Source: Botryllus schlosseri (Eukaryota). Taken from it: a DNA stretch of 64,000 bases. The translations under genes were made by a program, and so were the position numbers. Of the stretch, positions 1-12,227 are shown one piece after another; positions within the stretch are counted from its first letter, which is position 1; every line of letters starts with the position of its first letter. A model generated the notes under the pieces. That model saw only the letters and a list, made by a program, of their open reading frames with translations. It did not search any database and was not told the origin of the DNA. Location of the stretch: positions 1,674,001 to 1,738,000 of the forward strand of contig CM119378.1 of assembly GCA_051294905.1 (NCBI GenBank), in the 5' to 3' direction.

Positions 1-3000
1 GTTCCGCCCGGACATGAAGACGAGCACGCGGACCATTGCGTCCACATTCCGTAGTGACCGGGACCGCCGCTACAGTACTGGAAATACAATGGGCGGAATG
101 AAATGCATACCGTTGGCAGAATTCACCAGAGTTGCTGGTCAAAGTACACATCGTGGGTATACTGCAAGCAATACCTACTACATCATCCGAAAAAGTAGAC
201 CTTCACTACTTCTGTCAATCACATCTCTCCGACCTCAGCATATATCCAATTGACTATCGATCCACTAACTATACCTTCGATTCCACTTCCTTTTCGACAT
301 GCGGACATGTGTTGCTTTTCGATCTCTGCATTGTGCCGTAGCCGCACGTCACTGAGCAGGCGGACCATCGCGACCAATCCATGTAACTGCAACAGGGCTG
401 CGTGTTACAGATCTTTTCCTCTCTCTGCGCTCCCGATCCGTAAGACTCAGACAGAGTGTAAGCTGAAAATGTGGACAGCCATTACAGCAACATATTCAGT
501 GGAGAATTCACATTCCATACACAGCACAGGGAGTTGGTTTATTTTGTACGAGTACAACGATAATTTCATAGATCACTCAATTGACAATCTCTAAAACTGA
601 TTGGAGCAAGCAAGATTTCATTTTTATAACTTGTACAACTACTGATAGTTATAGTTGTTTAATTTGACTAATTAGTGCGAAATGCTGCTAATCTAATCTG
701 TGAAATGTTTCTATGATATGAATTGAACTTTATTTTTTGTTGAAATTCGTTCCAATTCGGAATCAAAATCAATTTCCTAGTTGTTCCCACTGAATTACTT
801 TTAATTGTAATCTAATATGAAAAAAACGCATAAGATTTCATTCGTATTCTAATATTATTTGGAAAAGCTGAAAACTCCCTATAGTGTCAAAATCTGAATA
901 AAGAATTGGATTTCAGACGGATACTTGCCGATAACACATCTGTACGTACACTCGTACAGTGAATAGTGTATAGTTTACACACGATACACATGAGAAGCGA
1001 GTGGCGCAGTTGGTTAAACACTGCAGTCGCGAAGAGACCACGATGGGGACGCATGGGAGCGAGAGACAATGAAGAATGACTGCGAGAGAGACTCAAAAGA
1101 CGTTTCCAACAAAACTAAATGCAAAGACCAATGAACCTTACGAAATTCATGTCGGGGAGCACAAAGCCTAGAAAGTCGAGAAGCTCCACTGTGTTGAGCA
1201 GATTAATACATACACGATACACATTGTGCAGAAAACGTACGCGCGATCGATCAAGAAAAAGGAGAAGCGATCAAGTATCATGTTACGCTCGGTCATGGGC
1301 TGCCTAATTATTATCATACACACTCATCCAGGGATATCTAGATATCCCCGGTACATCAATATTCTGTGACATCGCTAAAATCGCAATGGTCGTGTCAGTG
1401 TAGAATTACTCACAGCATGAGTGCACTCGTGTCCTGTAAGTCACACCACCGCCGCAGTTCTTGGTACAAACGCTCCATTGCGAATACTCTCCCCACGAAC
1501 CGCTGCCGCCACACGACTCCGTTTGAATCTGGAATAGACCAACGACGCGTTTACATGGGATGGTCAAGCTAAATCAATGTATACATATTGACTCGATACC
1601 AGGGCTTGGCAAAATCAAGTGCCGAAGTGATTCGATGCTGAATCAAGTAGTCGGCTTTGACAGTATGAATGACACGGGAAGCTTAATGAAGCAGCTGCTG
1701 CAAACAATATAATGCCAGTTCTACATTATATTAAAGACAATTTGGTATTTTTCGTCTAGTCATTGCACTTTGCGACAATTCTGTGGGTTGATCACGACAT
1801 AACAGGTATGTCATTTACACTTACGTACGCAGCTTTTATACGTGTTCGTATGCTGCGATATGACGTAATTGAGGTTTTATGGCTTCCATAGTTGTAGAGC
1901 TTTTGGAGATACAGAACTTCAATTTACAATTGAATAGTACATTCATATTGAATAGAACCCGAATATTTTCGGCTGACACTCGTCAGGAGTAATCGTCAGC
2001 AACTAGTAAAGAATTCAAAAGAACATCGTATATCAGCAATCGCATCACAAAATATGACGTCACCATCATGAAATGTCGAATAAGAAAGCGTTCAATGTAC
2101 CATTTCTAGATGGTTCGCTAACTCTTTTTGTTGATAATGGTGATAACTACAATTCTCGTTCATGAATTAATTCTCAGTGACGTGGACCGCGTAATTTCAG
2201 TATTAGGAGAATTACCTTGCACTACTGGAGTAAAATAATTACAATTATTACTCGAATAGTTTTTCCAGCCCTACTAAAACGTGCTAAACGCTGTGTGATT
2301 TTTGACATAACTCAATCAAAATTTGCTATTAACCAAACTCCATACATGCACAGTGCACAATCACCTCGTTTTCTCCAGAACAAATCTCATATCGCGACCT
2401 CGTCCTTCGCCCGCCAGAGCAGGTCGAGCTACACACAGACCAGAAACCCCACTGGCTGTACCCGCCAGCACTCCCGCAGTTGACCCGTTCGACTTCCCTC
2501 TCGTCGGTGCAGGTTTGGAATCGGACTCTCGTCATGGAACCGCCCGGACAAGACTGCGAACATTGAGACCACGGCTGCCACTGCGAATAACCGCCTGACG
2601 CACCGCAAGCCCGCGAGTCTTGTTCTGATGGCTTGCCGCATGAGTGTGATCGAGAGCGGAACTGCGTTCCGCCGTAGCATGTCTGGCTGCATGCGCTCCA
2701 TTCGCTCCTGAAATTATGTTTTACTAGATCAATGACTTATAGTCAGAAGAGGCAAGTGAGGCAGTTATTTGATTTTCGTCTCCGCAACCCCAGAGAGCAG
2801 GCACGACCGTTAATTTGGGAACCCCGGCGGTAACCATAACATATTTATAGAGTAAGCGCTGAATCTCATAGATTTGCGTCAATTTTGACCGTCGTGCTTT
2901 TTACTCAGGTCAGCAGCGTAGGTTCACGTACGGCAAGACTTAAGTCGCGACTTACCATTGCGAGTAATAACCCGCGGAACCGCAAATCCGAGATTCCATT

Positions 3001-6000
3001 TCATCCTGCAAACCGCACGAGTGGCTGCGGCGACGCAACTGTTGCCCGCCATCGCACGTTGATGAGCACGCGGCCCACAGCGACCATTCTCCGTAATTTC
3101 CAGAGCCTGGAAAACGATTTGACAAGGTCACTTTTCCATCCTCAGACTTCCTAACCCCACGTTTTTGTTATTATTTTTACGTAAAAGTGTGATGGTGGTG
3201 ATTATCACATCAAAGATTTTGGGATTTGTGATTTGAGATTTCGGAAGAATGCTTAAAACAGCGCATTTTGGAATGCTGAAATTGATCTCAGTTACAAAAT
3301 ATTGTTGTTGTCGTTGTTGCTGTGCCTAATATCATTATTTCTCACTAGATGATAAGGCTTCGGTGATGGTAATAGCATTCCGTGGATGATGAGTGAGCTG
3401 ATGTGAAAATGGGCCTTGACGTGTAATGGCCCAGACACCACCAAAACGACTTGGGGCTTACCCACAAGATCAATCTTTACGGGGAGATAGTTTTCCAGCG
3501 AATACCATGTCTATAGCTCAGTGGTTCCCAACCTTTTTCGACCCATCGCCCCCTTTTCAAGGTCAACACCGATCATCGCCCCCCAAAATTTTGTGTAAAT
3601 TGGGCATACAAAATGTAATCACCGGCGGGTTGACTAAAAAAAAGGTCAAATTTTCGGCTCGATGACTAATTTGACACACTTTTGCAACTGAATTTCCGTG
3701 GGTTGACTAAAAAAAAAGGTCATTCGTTTTAACGCGTCATCGTCCCCCTATCGCCCCCTTCGCTATTTTCGCCCCCTTCGTCATTTTCGCCCCCCTAGAC
3801 CGCCAAATCGGGGGGCGATATCGCCCGCGTTGGGAACCACTGCTATAGCTAACCACAATATCAATTTCTTAGTCGCGGAAAATTGTTGTCAGGTTTCTTG
3901 CGCAGCTCATAGTTCAGAATAAAAGTTATGATTATGATCATTTTGTTGTATTTGTATTTCCTTAATGAAATGTTATTTCTTTTGTGGAAACTATGCCCGT
4001 CGCGAATGTTAGCGAGCACAGCGTTGTACTCACGTCAACTTTTAAAACGTGGTTTCTAAACGGTGTGTCTTATTTTGTCTCGAAATTGTATTATTGCGGC
4101 CCGCGGCCTCTACGAAGTTTGAAAAGTGGCCCGCGAGCCGTTCCGAGTTGGTGACCTTACATTAAATAAACTGAACTACATGATAAATTGACACGTAAAC
4201 TGCTATGGGAAAAGCGGAAAGATAGTGAATACATGCCCACCGATATCGGATTTGGAGCCCATACCGATAAAACCAATCACTAGCACCTTCACCGATAACC
4301 CCAATATACTCTAGCGATAATTATTGGAAAATGACATCCAGCTAAAGGCACATTTCCAAAACTTCATTTATTTGAACAGCTTGGCTCATCTTGGACATGA
4401 AATAAACTAGAAGTTACACTAATTACCTGGTTGTGATTTTAGACTATTTCTGTTCAACCTAATAGTTTTCAGTTTTTTAGGCGAAAGTAGACAAAGAATA
4501 CTTCTACTTGGTAATAACGACGACTAATTTGACAACGTCTGAATATTACTGCGTTTCCGTGCACGGCCGGCTCTCTCTTCGTTAACTTGAACCATATTCA
4601 GTTCATGTACAGGTTTCATTACGCGACGTCTCGCGCAACGTGACACAGTGATTAACGAAACCGTTTAAAGATCATTTTACCCGCATGGCAAATCGTGGTT
4701 TCAACTTCTTTCGGTATGTGTCTGCATATATCGCCTCTGCTTCTCGACTGCGTGCCCTGCAGCGTAATAAAAGCACGCATCATGACTTGGAGAAAGCGAC
4801 ATCAACTTTCTATCGATCCAAGAACCACATTGTAAACTCATATTCCTGATATATAGTTTATCTTTACATAATTATTGTTAAAAAATAGTGCGATTAATCT
4901 CAAAAAAAACTTACTCGATTGCAAGTGACGCTACACGCTGACCACTGGGTCCATTGCAATTTTCCACAGCATGAGTGTTCGTTGCATGGTTTAGATTCGA
5001 CCTTGTCCTCAAGACCGCACGAGTGAGTCTGAAATGAGAAGTCTCGGGGTCAAACTTGGTCAACTAGATAATTCCAGCTGTCCAATTAAACTAATTACAG
5101 CGAAATACTGTAAATCTAATTCTAATTATTATGTTTCATAAATTTTTCCATGCTTTCATTTTAATACTAAACTAATTTATGGTTTTCATGAAAATGCTAG
5201 CGGATAACTGTATAGTGCGAAACTAGCCGAGCTTGGTGTACGGGCATTTGCCCTTCTCAAGCTTATGAGAATCACCTCTATAGTCTGATACGAAGAAAAC
5301 TTGGTTTTCGTTGTATTTAATTCAATGTTCAATGCATTTTTCGAATTCAGTAATTCTAATTCTAATCTGACCTGAAATAAAACTGTGTAAAACATGGTAA
5401 TTCTAGTTTAATTTGGAAAAGCCAAGTATGTCCAGGTTCTCCAACTCTCCTAATGCTACAAATGTTGGAGGTATCACAAATTAAAGATGGGATAATCCGA
5501 TAAAATCTGGCTGAAACGAGCAATCGACCCTGAAATATGAAGCAAAATATTATCATTCACTAAATCATATTTCATTCGATATTAACAATGACGTGTGCAG
5601 ATTTGATATTTAATCGCTGACGGCACAGCGGGACGGAAACGTGAACTCCTTACGGAATATTCGAGAAACTCCTGCGGAGGGATTTCGAGAAATGTATCTG
5701 TCGTCGATGCTTTCAGTCGCGTCCCCGATCGCAATTTTCGTGACAAGTCGTTAAATATCACGAATGTAACAAGATTGACATCGCAACAATGAAACTGAGT
5801 AACAAAAAACGATGTTTATTTAGCTTGGTTGTAGTTAGATAATAGATTTGACGTCAATGGTTATTATTCATTAGAAAATCATGATTTGCAGTAAACGCAC
5901 TTTTTAGTTCTGTCTACTTCCATGCTTGTTGTACCCTCCCTTCGTCAATGTGGAGGTGGACTAATATTTAAATATTTCCCTCCGTCCGGTCAATAAATAA

Positions 6001-9000
6001 ATAAATATTTGTGTCTGTAGTGCCACGTATTGTTTCTGTGGTGAAATGGCTAATCATAATGCTGCTTTTTCTTTTAATAAAATGAACTTCTTTCAACAGA
6101 ATCGGTGTGAAATTGATGTGAAGTATATCGGAATACCTCTTTATTCAAGGCAGCGATAAACAACAAGACACGTAAATAAACATTATGTCTCGTTAATACG
6201 TACTGAGTAACAAGCTTCCGTCATAGCCAAACGATAGAATTTCACACCTTAAATACTTCTTTTCTAATCCAAAATTATCGACACCCATAACTTCGACTGT
6301 ACTTGACGGAAATGTCACAAATTTACTGTGCGTCGTTTTTTGTAGGCAACTTAACCATTTAATGGGTTAGCCAAAGACATTATAGAGATTTTTTTTCAAT
6401 AAATGCAAAATTTTTTACTCTAATGATTTCGATTCTACACATTAGAGATAAGCCGAATTTGATGTGCAACGATTTTAGGCAATCTAACCATTCATGAGAT
6501 AGCTAGTGAAATTTGTAAAAGAGAGGTTGTCTCACTACCATACTGTGTCCGGCAAAAATATTTTGAATTAAAACCCGAATTTTTGACGCTGGACAATGGT
6601 GGCATAAGACGGAGTCTTTAGATATGGTCTTACTTGAAGTCTGGACTTGTATCCTTCGCCGCAAGACGCAGAGCACGCGGTCCACATAGTCCAGCTTGAA
6701 TAACCCCCATCACCAGCGTTGCAAGCCTCCACCTGCGTAGTCTCGCCCAAGCATCCCGCTTCACCAACTTGCGCGCCGTAACAAGATCTGGTTTTGCGTC
6801 TGGAGCCTGTCCCGCACGTAACACTGCATTGACTAAAGCCAGACCAACCGCTCCAATACCCACAAGCCTGACCCACGGGCTGCGAGCATTTCCTGAACAA
6901 GTATATACACTTGAAGACATGTTCATCAGCAATTTTTTGTGAAGCCACAACATATGGTAGTAGGGATAGGGAGTCATAGAACTATAGTCTGCGACTGCCA
7001 GACTGGAAACATTGAACTATTCTGAGTACTGCCAGAGGTGATCAAAGTAGTCGTAGTTTCTACTCAAGTAGACGTAGAAGTAATAATTTCCATCAAGTAC
7101 AAATGTAAGTATATTCTATGCAAAATTTTGTCGGAAGAAAACTGAAAACTATCAACTAGAATCAGAGGAAATCTACTTTCATAACCGCTTGAGTAAGCTT
7201 GGTGTAGCATGGTACTCAAGTAGCAGTAGAGTATAGCATCATTGATTTCAACTTAACTACGGGCAGAAGTAGCGAACTACAGGCAGATGTAGCGATTTCA
7301 AAGTAATTTGAAATGCAAGTATTCTATAGTCAGTATTCGGACTGAACTGTTAAGTAGAAAGAGTATAATCTTGAATCAGGGGTGGCCAACCTTTTTGCCA
7401 TTCACGGCCGCATTTCGACTACTCATGTAGCCCACTGCCGCATTCCACGGCATAGTCGTAAATCGTAATGAACTGGGTGGATACCAAATGCCCATGTTTA
7501 AGTGTCTATGTCCATTTCTGATGGTGATCTCCGGACTAATCCATTTAATTATACTGGCTTGCTATACGCACCGAAATCGCGAGTGTTCACTGGTCAATGG
7601 TTGGTAATAGGTATACGCATTATCGCGCGAAGCACGGAAATTTTTTAACATTTACTGATGAATTTTAAATAATATTAGTAGTTTTACATATTACAATCAC
7701 AAATTTATCCTTTCTCAGCCCATATATGTGATCAGATTCACTGGTATTATTGATGGAGGGGGTGTTTCGAAAATTAAGGGTAAGTTATAAGTGACGAATG
7801 ACGATGCATCTTCGGTGGGCCAATTGTTATTTATCAATTTGGTTCATGCTGCTATTTCTTGACCTTCCATCAGGATTGTCGTTATAGTGAGGAGTACACG
7901 ATTCCGAGTTGGTATTTCCATATGGGGTCATCATGTTCCTCTGCTGCTCGGAACTGTAATGTCGGGCTCTAATTGTAAAGGGCCCTACAATATTAAAATC
8001 GAAAATTAAAGTCTCGCTGAATCGTGCAATGCGCGAAGAAATTCTCAAGATTTATCAAAATCTACTAAGAAATCGTGAGCCAATTCGTAAATCAAATTGC
8101 GTGTCGATGGCCGCCAACACATACTAATTGAATTACGTGTCGACGGCTGCACAAATTTCCTTCTACGGCAGCAAGTTGGCCACCTCGGGTCTTAAATCCT
8201 AACCGCTTTGAGTAATTATTCCGAACAGGCTAAACCTGTATACTTAAGTGCTCGAAACAAATTCAAGTAGCCTACTCCGTTTCTGACTAACTGTGTTTAC
8301 AGGCGTACAGATGCGACTTTTCTGGTTCATTTCATGTCCAAGCTTAGGAATGACTGTAAGTCCATTCAAATGAATATTCTGAAGTTTTGGAACTGCGCCT
8401 AAGCCGGAGTCATATTTTTTTAATGTCGGCTGAATATATCGCGGTTGTCGGTGAAGGTTCTAGTTATTAATTTTATCGTAATCGGCACAGAAATCCGATA
8501 CCGATGGGGGCTGATAATAATGTTCGTCTAACAAGCTTGTATTGTATTCCATACCTGTAGGCATTGCAGTTCCCCTGGCAGCGGCCTTCCCCGGGCAAAC
8601 ATCCGTTGCATCTACGCGTTCTGGTTTGCATCGCAATCCCGCAGTAACCTTGACAAGCGCTCCACGCACCCCAAGGTAGCCAGTTGCATTCTATACGAAA
8701 TTGAAAACCATTTACAAAACCCATGCTTATGCAATTCAATCTAATTCAAACTACCAGCACAAGCAAACTAATTTCCGAATCAGAGCGATTGCTATGTATA
8801 CCTTCGGCCTGACTTGGACTTATACAACTAGATAATTCTAGCTATATCGTTCTAATCGTCTAATTATACTAATTACAGCGTAATGCCGGAAATCTAATTC
8901 AAATCTTAAGTCCTGAAAAGTGGCTTTGCCCTCATTTTAATTCTAATCTAATCTAAACTCCGATTTCACATTAATTTAACTTGATTTTTGTTGTAGTTCT

Positions 9001-12000
9001 TCCAATTCGGAATTTAAATCAATTTCCAAGTTCTTACGAATGAAGTAATTATTCTTATGATCGAATCTGGAAAAAAATATGTTACTATAATTCTAATTCC
9101 AAGCTAGTATGGAAAGGATGAGCATTTTCTATGGTTGTCCAGCTCTGTTGTTAAATGTTAAACGCCTGCTACAAGTCATTTCTGCAGCTTCCTATCCATT
9201 CATTTAGTGGCAATTTTTAGTGTTTTGCATACTGTAAATAATATTGGTGACACGATTGTTGATATACAACGTTATTCCCATTCTCTACTATAGTTGCTGA
9301 CGATTACCCCTGACGAGTGTCAAGCCGAAAATATTCGGGTTCATTTCAATATGAATATACCATTCAATTGTATATTGAAGTTCTGTACCTCCCAAAAAGC
9401 TCTTCAAAAAGGTATGAATGACTAATGAACGATTCTCTGTACTTACTGTCTGGATAAATCTGCGGAGACGAAACATAATGAGTCTGCGGTCTCGTGCGGT
9501 AAACAGCATGCGTCTTGGGCGTGATTCGCGGGAATGTCGGTCTTGTTATCGGTCGAAATTTCGGCGTCCTGGTCGGGTATGTAGCGCGCGATGGTTGTTT
9601 CGGAGGCGGCGGATAATATCCAAGGGGTCGGGTCGAAGGCCGCGGGTAAAACACGGGAGCCGAAGGCTTCTTTACGGTCACGGCTTTCGAGCCGTAACCC
9701 TTATTTCCGTATAAACTTTTTAGTAACTTTTCGAACAAAAACGGATTCTTTCTCAAGCCGCGCCCTTCGCCTGGGAATAGCACTGATATGAGATTGAGCT
9801 CCTCGATTTCTTTTTGAAGATCTTGAAGCTTTTTGGGTTTGTAACATTCCGGCGTCTGAAATGGAGCTCCACGTAAATTGTAAACTTGGTACATTCGGCA
9901 TTAGTAATTTAAAAACTATTATTATTATTATGAAAGCGACACTTCAATATTACGTTGATAGATTCGAAAAAGAGTGTATCACTGAGAATGAGCGGTACTT
10001 GTGCTATATAGCACTTGATGAATTTGAAACTTGGCATTACTAGGAATGCCATATATTAGGGTTACCATCCGTCCTCTTTTCGAGAGGATTGAGCTCTTCT
10101 TTTACTTCTTTGAAAGTGTCCTCGGAGGACGCCCAAATATCATCTTTTTTGAGATTTTGTCATCTTTTTTGATAATTTTGGTTAAATATAGGGCAAAATT
10201 TGACTGTGATACAGTAAATCAGCACTGCAGTAACGCTCCGGAGGCTATTTCGGGAGCTGAGCCGGAAAGTTGACCTTTTTTCAGTCAACCAACTGATAAT
10301 GTGAAAGAAAAACTGTATTTTGGGAGCTGAGGCAGTAATATGACCGTTTGTTAGTCACCTGACCACGAAGTGCAAAAAATTAATATTTTTTCAGGATTTC
10401 CGTCCGGTATCGCAAGTCTGAAAATTTTGAAAAAGTGTCTTCTTTTCAGTTTTCCAAAATATGGTAACCCTACCATATGTCCTGTATTTTCATGAAAACC
10501 GAGATGGTCACCGAGGACACCCAAATATCCTCATTTTTCACATTCATTACCGTGAGTGACTGGGAGACCACTAAAATGGTAATATCGGCAGCAAACCAAA
10601 ATTCTCGGGTTCATTGTATTTTAATGACAAATGTAAAAAGTGTCCTGTCCACATTCGTTGATCTCAAAATATGGTAACCCTGTGTATTCGGGATAGTCAT
10701 GCTGATAATGTCAGGATTATGGGCCGACAAGTGCCGAATTCACCCGCGATAAATTCTACGCTATCATACAGCTTCAATTGAAAGTCCACACGTAGTTTGA
10801 AACTGTGTGCGAAAAATGTTTACCTTGTACTTTCGTTAGATTCTACTTACTTTTACTATATACTTCAAGTGGCAATGGTTTTAAACTATTTTTACCTCCA
10901 CGTGACACTTTCCAGTTTTTTAGACAGAACAACGATGACTACTTTGACCACTAGAACCCACGGCGGACCTGGGATATATATCTCCATAAGAATTTGGTAG
11001 CTCAAAGTGCCATTTACCTGATTTACACCTTGATTTACGCACTACGGTGGAAATCAGCTAAATACGCTCACTTTATTGTCTACCCATGGGTTTATAGTGT
11101 ACCCTATGGTGAAGATAGGTGGAACACGCGATTTTTGCTTACAGCGCATTAAAGAATGGAAAATGTTGCATTCATTTTCATCGTTGGTCGTTTCAAGTTA
11201 TCCCTTATTTCGTTCCATCCAGTGTACACGCCTCTTATTTACATCGCCTATAGGCCGGTGGTTCTCAACCTCTGGGACCCCCTTTGCACCGTCACGGACC
11301 CCTGCGCAACAAGTATGGCACCAAAATTGAGAAGCAGATTTTTAAAGATCATGCAACGCCCCGCCTCGTCATTTCTATCTCGCAGCTCATCTTGAGGTTA
11401 TTCTGGAATAGCGGTTATGTATATCACAGGAGAAAATGGATTTTTGCAAATAAGTTTTTATAAAACCCCAACAAAACATCTCTGATCAAAATCAGCAGTA
11501 TGTTTGTATCAGAAGGCTATTGGCATTTAAAATGAGTTTGCACAGTACGATGTTTTATGTCAGACGGCCATCGTGTTCATGTGAGTCCTGAAGTTTTAGA
11601 ATTTATGAAGGGAGACTTCCTCGTGATTTCTCTAATTGAAAAATATTACAAATTATAGTTTATCAACCATTTTGAAAATTTAGAGGTTTCGCGGACCGCC
11701 TGAAAATGATTTGCGAAACCCCTGTTGAGAACCGCTGGCCTAGGCCCAGGCGGGTGTCTGGTTTCAAAGTCGTTTCGACACCTTCCTATCTTTTTATTGT
11801 ATCGCAATCTTATAGTGTTTTGAAATGATAAAATTATTATTAAAACTGATAGTGATAATGATAGTCTTGCACATGGTCATCAGTTCGATTCGACAAAACA
11901 GCGAAGTAAAGTCACAACCAGGCTGGTATTAAATTCAAGGGTTAACCTCCACTCACGCCATTCGTCTCTGAGAAGCAACAGCGTTTCCTCTTCACACATT

Positions 12001-12227
12001 TATTCTTCTCGACCTTCCCTGTCAGACAGGGGACTCTGTCCTCCGTTCGCACCGAGCATTTCATGACTGCAATAGGAAATATACAAATAAGAACAAGCAA
12101 CTTCTATGGCATTATAGAGCCGCTTGCCTCTGGCCTCTCCTAAAAACCGTTGAAGACTTTCCTGGCTGACGCTCGCTCCTGCTGAAGCTATTACGCCGAC
12201 AAAGATGGCGAATATATAACGCCTCAT
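1..12227 (-). CDS. Secreted trefoil (P-domain) + Pro/Tyr-rich linker + multi-TSP1-repeat protein; 3' end runs off the window
   Basis: Exons in transcription order: 12227-12128, 12066-11957, 9855-9447, 8690-8555, 6892-6634, 5028-4915, 4756-4681, 3106-2956, 2707-2365, 1528-1414, 462-275, 77-<1. All junctions are phase-compatible, with GT-AG introns except intron 1 (GC-AG). About 692 codons in the window. Signal peptide MRRYIFAIFVGVIASAGA; trefoil CSVRTEDRVPCLTGKVEKNKCVKRKRCCFSETNGTPECY; 10 complete and 1 partial TSR carrying WxxW and CSxTC/CSxSC motifs. Confidence 0.92.
992..1211 (+). mobile_element. tRNA-derived SINE, family A (internally deleted), in gene 1 intron
   Basis: A-box TGGCGCAGTTGG near the 5' end; 13-bp TSD ACACGATACACAT at 979-991 and 1212-1224; 3' part matches the copies at 47282 and 53551. 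Confidence 0.8.
1905..2040 (+). repeat. Abundant ~150-bp interspersed repeat, family A' (representative copy)
   Basis: Consensus GGAGGTACAGAACTTCAATATACAATTGAATAGTATATTCATATTGAAATGAACCCGAATATTTTCGGCTGACACTCGTCAGGGGTAATCGTCAGCAACTAGTAGAGAATT. About 15 copies or fragments at ~1905, 9255, 12495, 17355, 22425, 30195, 31280, 34480, 36275, 37415, 45555, 45885, 50550, 55960 and 56155. Confidence 0.85.
3519..3842. mobile_element. hAT-type MITE
   Basis: TIR CAGTGGTTCCCAAC / GTTGGGAACCACTG; perfect 8-bp TSD CTATAGCT. Confidence 0.9.
5060..5430 (+). repeat. AT-rich interspersed repeat, family B (CTAATT-rich; representative copy)
   Basis: Related segments at ~640-890, 8745-9130, 24445-24785, 27445-27725 (-), 40080-40400, 41285-41890 (-), 49425-50060 and 54575-54690 (-). 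Confidence 0.7.
7377..8189. mobile_element. hAT-type non-autonomous element
   Basis: TIR CAGGGGTGGCCAAC / GTTGGCCACCTCGGG; TSD TCTTGAAT / TCTTAAAT (7/8). Confidence 0.75.
10041..10682. mobile_element. Nested hAT MITEs with TAGGGTTACCAT termini
   Basis: Inner element 10057-10472 has TIR TAGGGTTACCAT / ATGGTAACCCTA and TSD CCATATAT / CCATATGT. The outer element starts TAGGAATGCCATAT at 10041 and ends ATATGGTAACCCTG at 10682. Confidence 0.75.
11256..11737. mobile_element. hAT-type MITE
   Basis: TIR CGGTGGTTCTCAAC / GTTGAGAACCGCTG; degenerate TSD CTATAGGC / GCCTAGGC. Confidence 0.7.
12067..12127 (-). other. GC-AG minor-donor intron, 61 nt, gene 1 intron 1
   Basis: Donor AG|GCAAGC and acceptor ttcctattgcag|. 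Removing it shifts the frame into a six-Cys trefoil domain that joins exon 3 in phase 0. Confidence 0.85.

Noticed and set aside
1-12227. Naming gene 1 hemicentin, properdin, SCO-spondin or ADAMTS
   Set aside because: Only TSRs are shared. No Ig, vWD or metalloprotease domain is present in the window, and the N-terminus is a trefoil.
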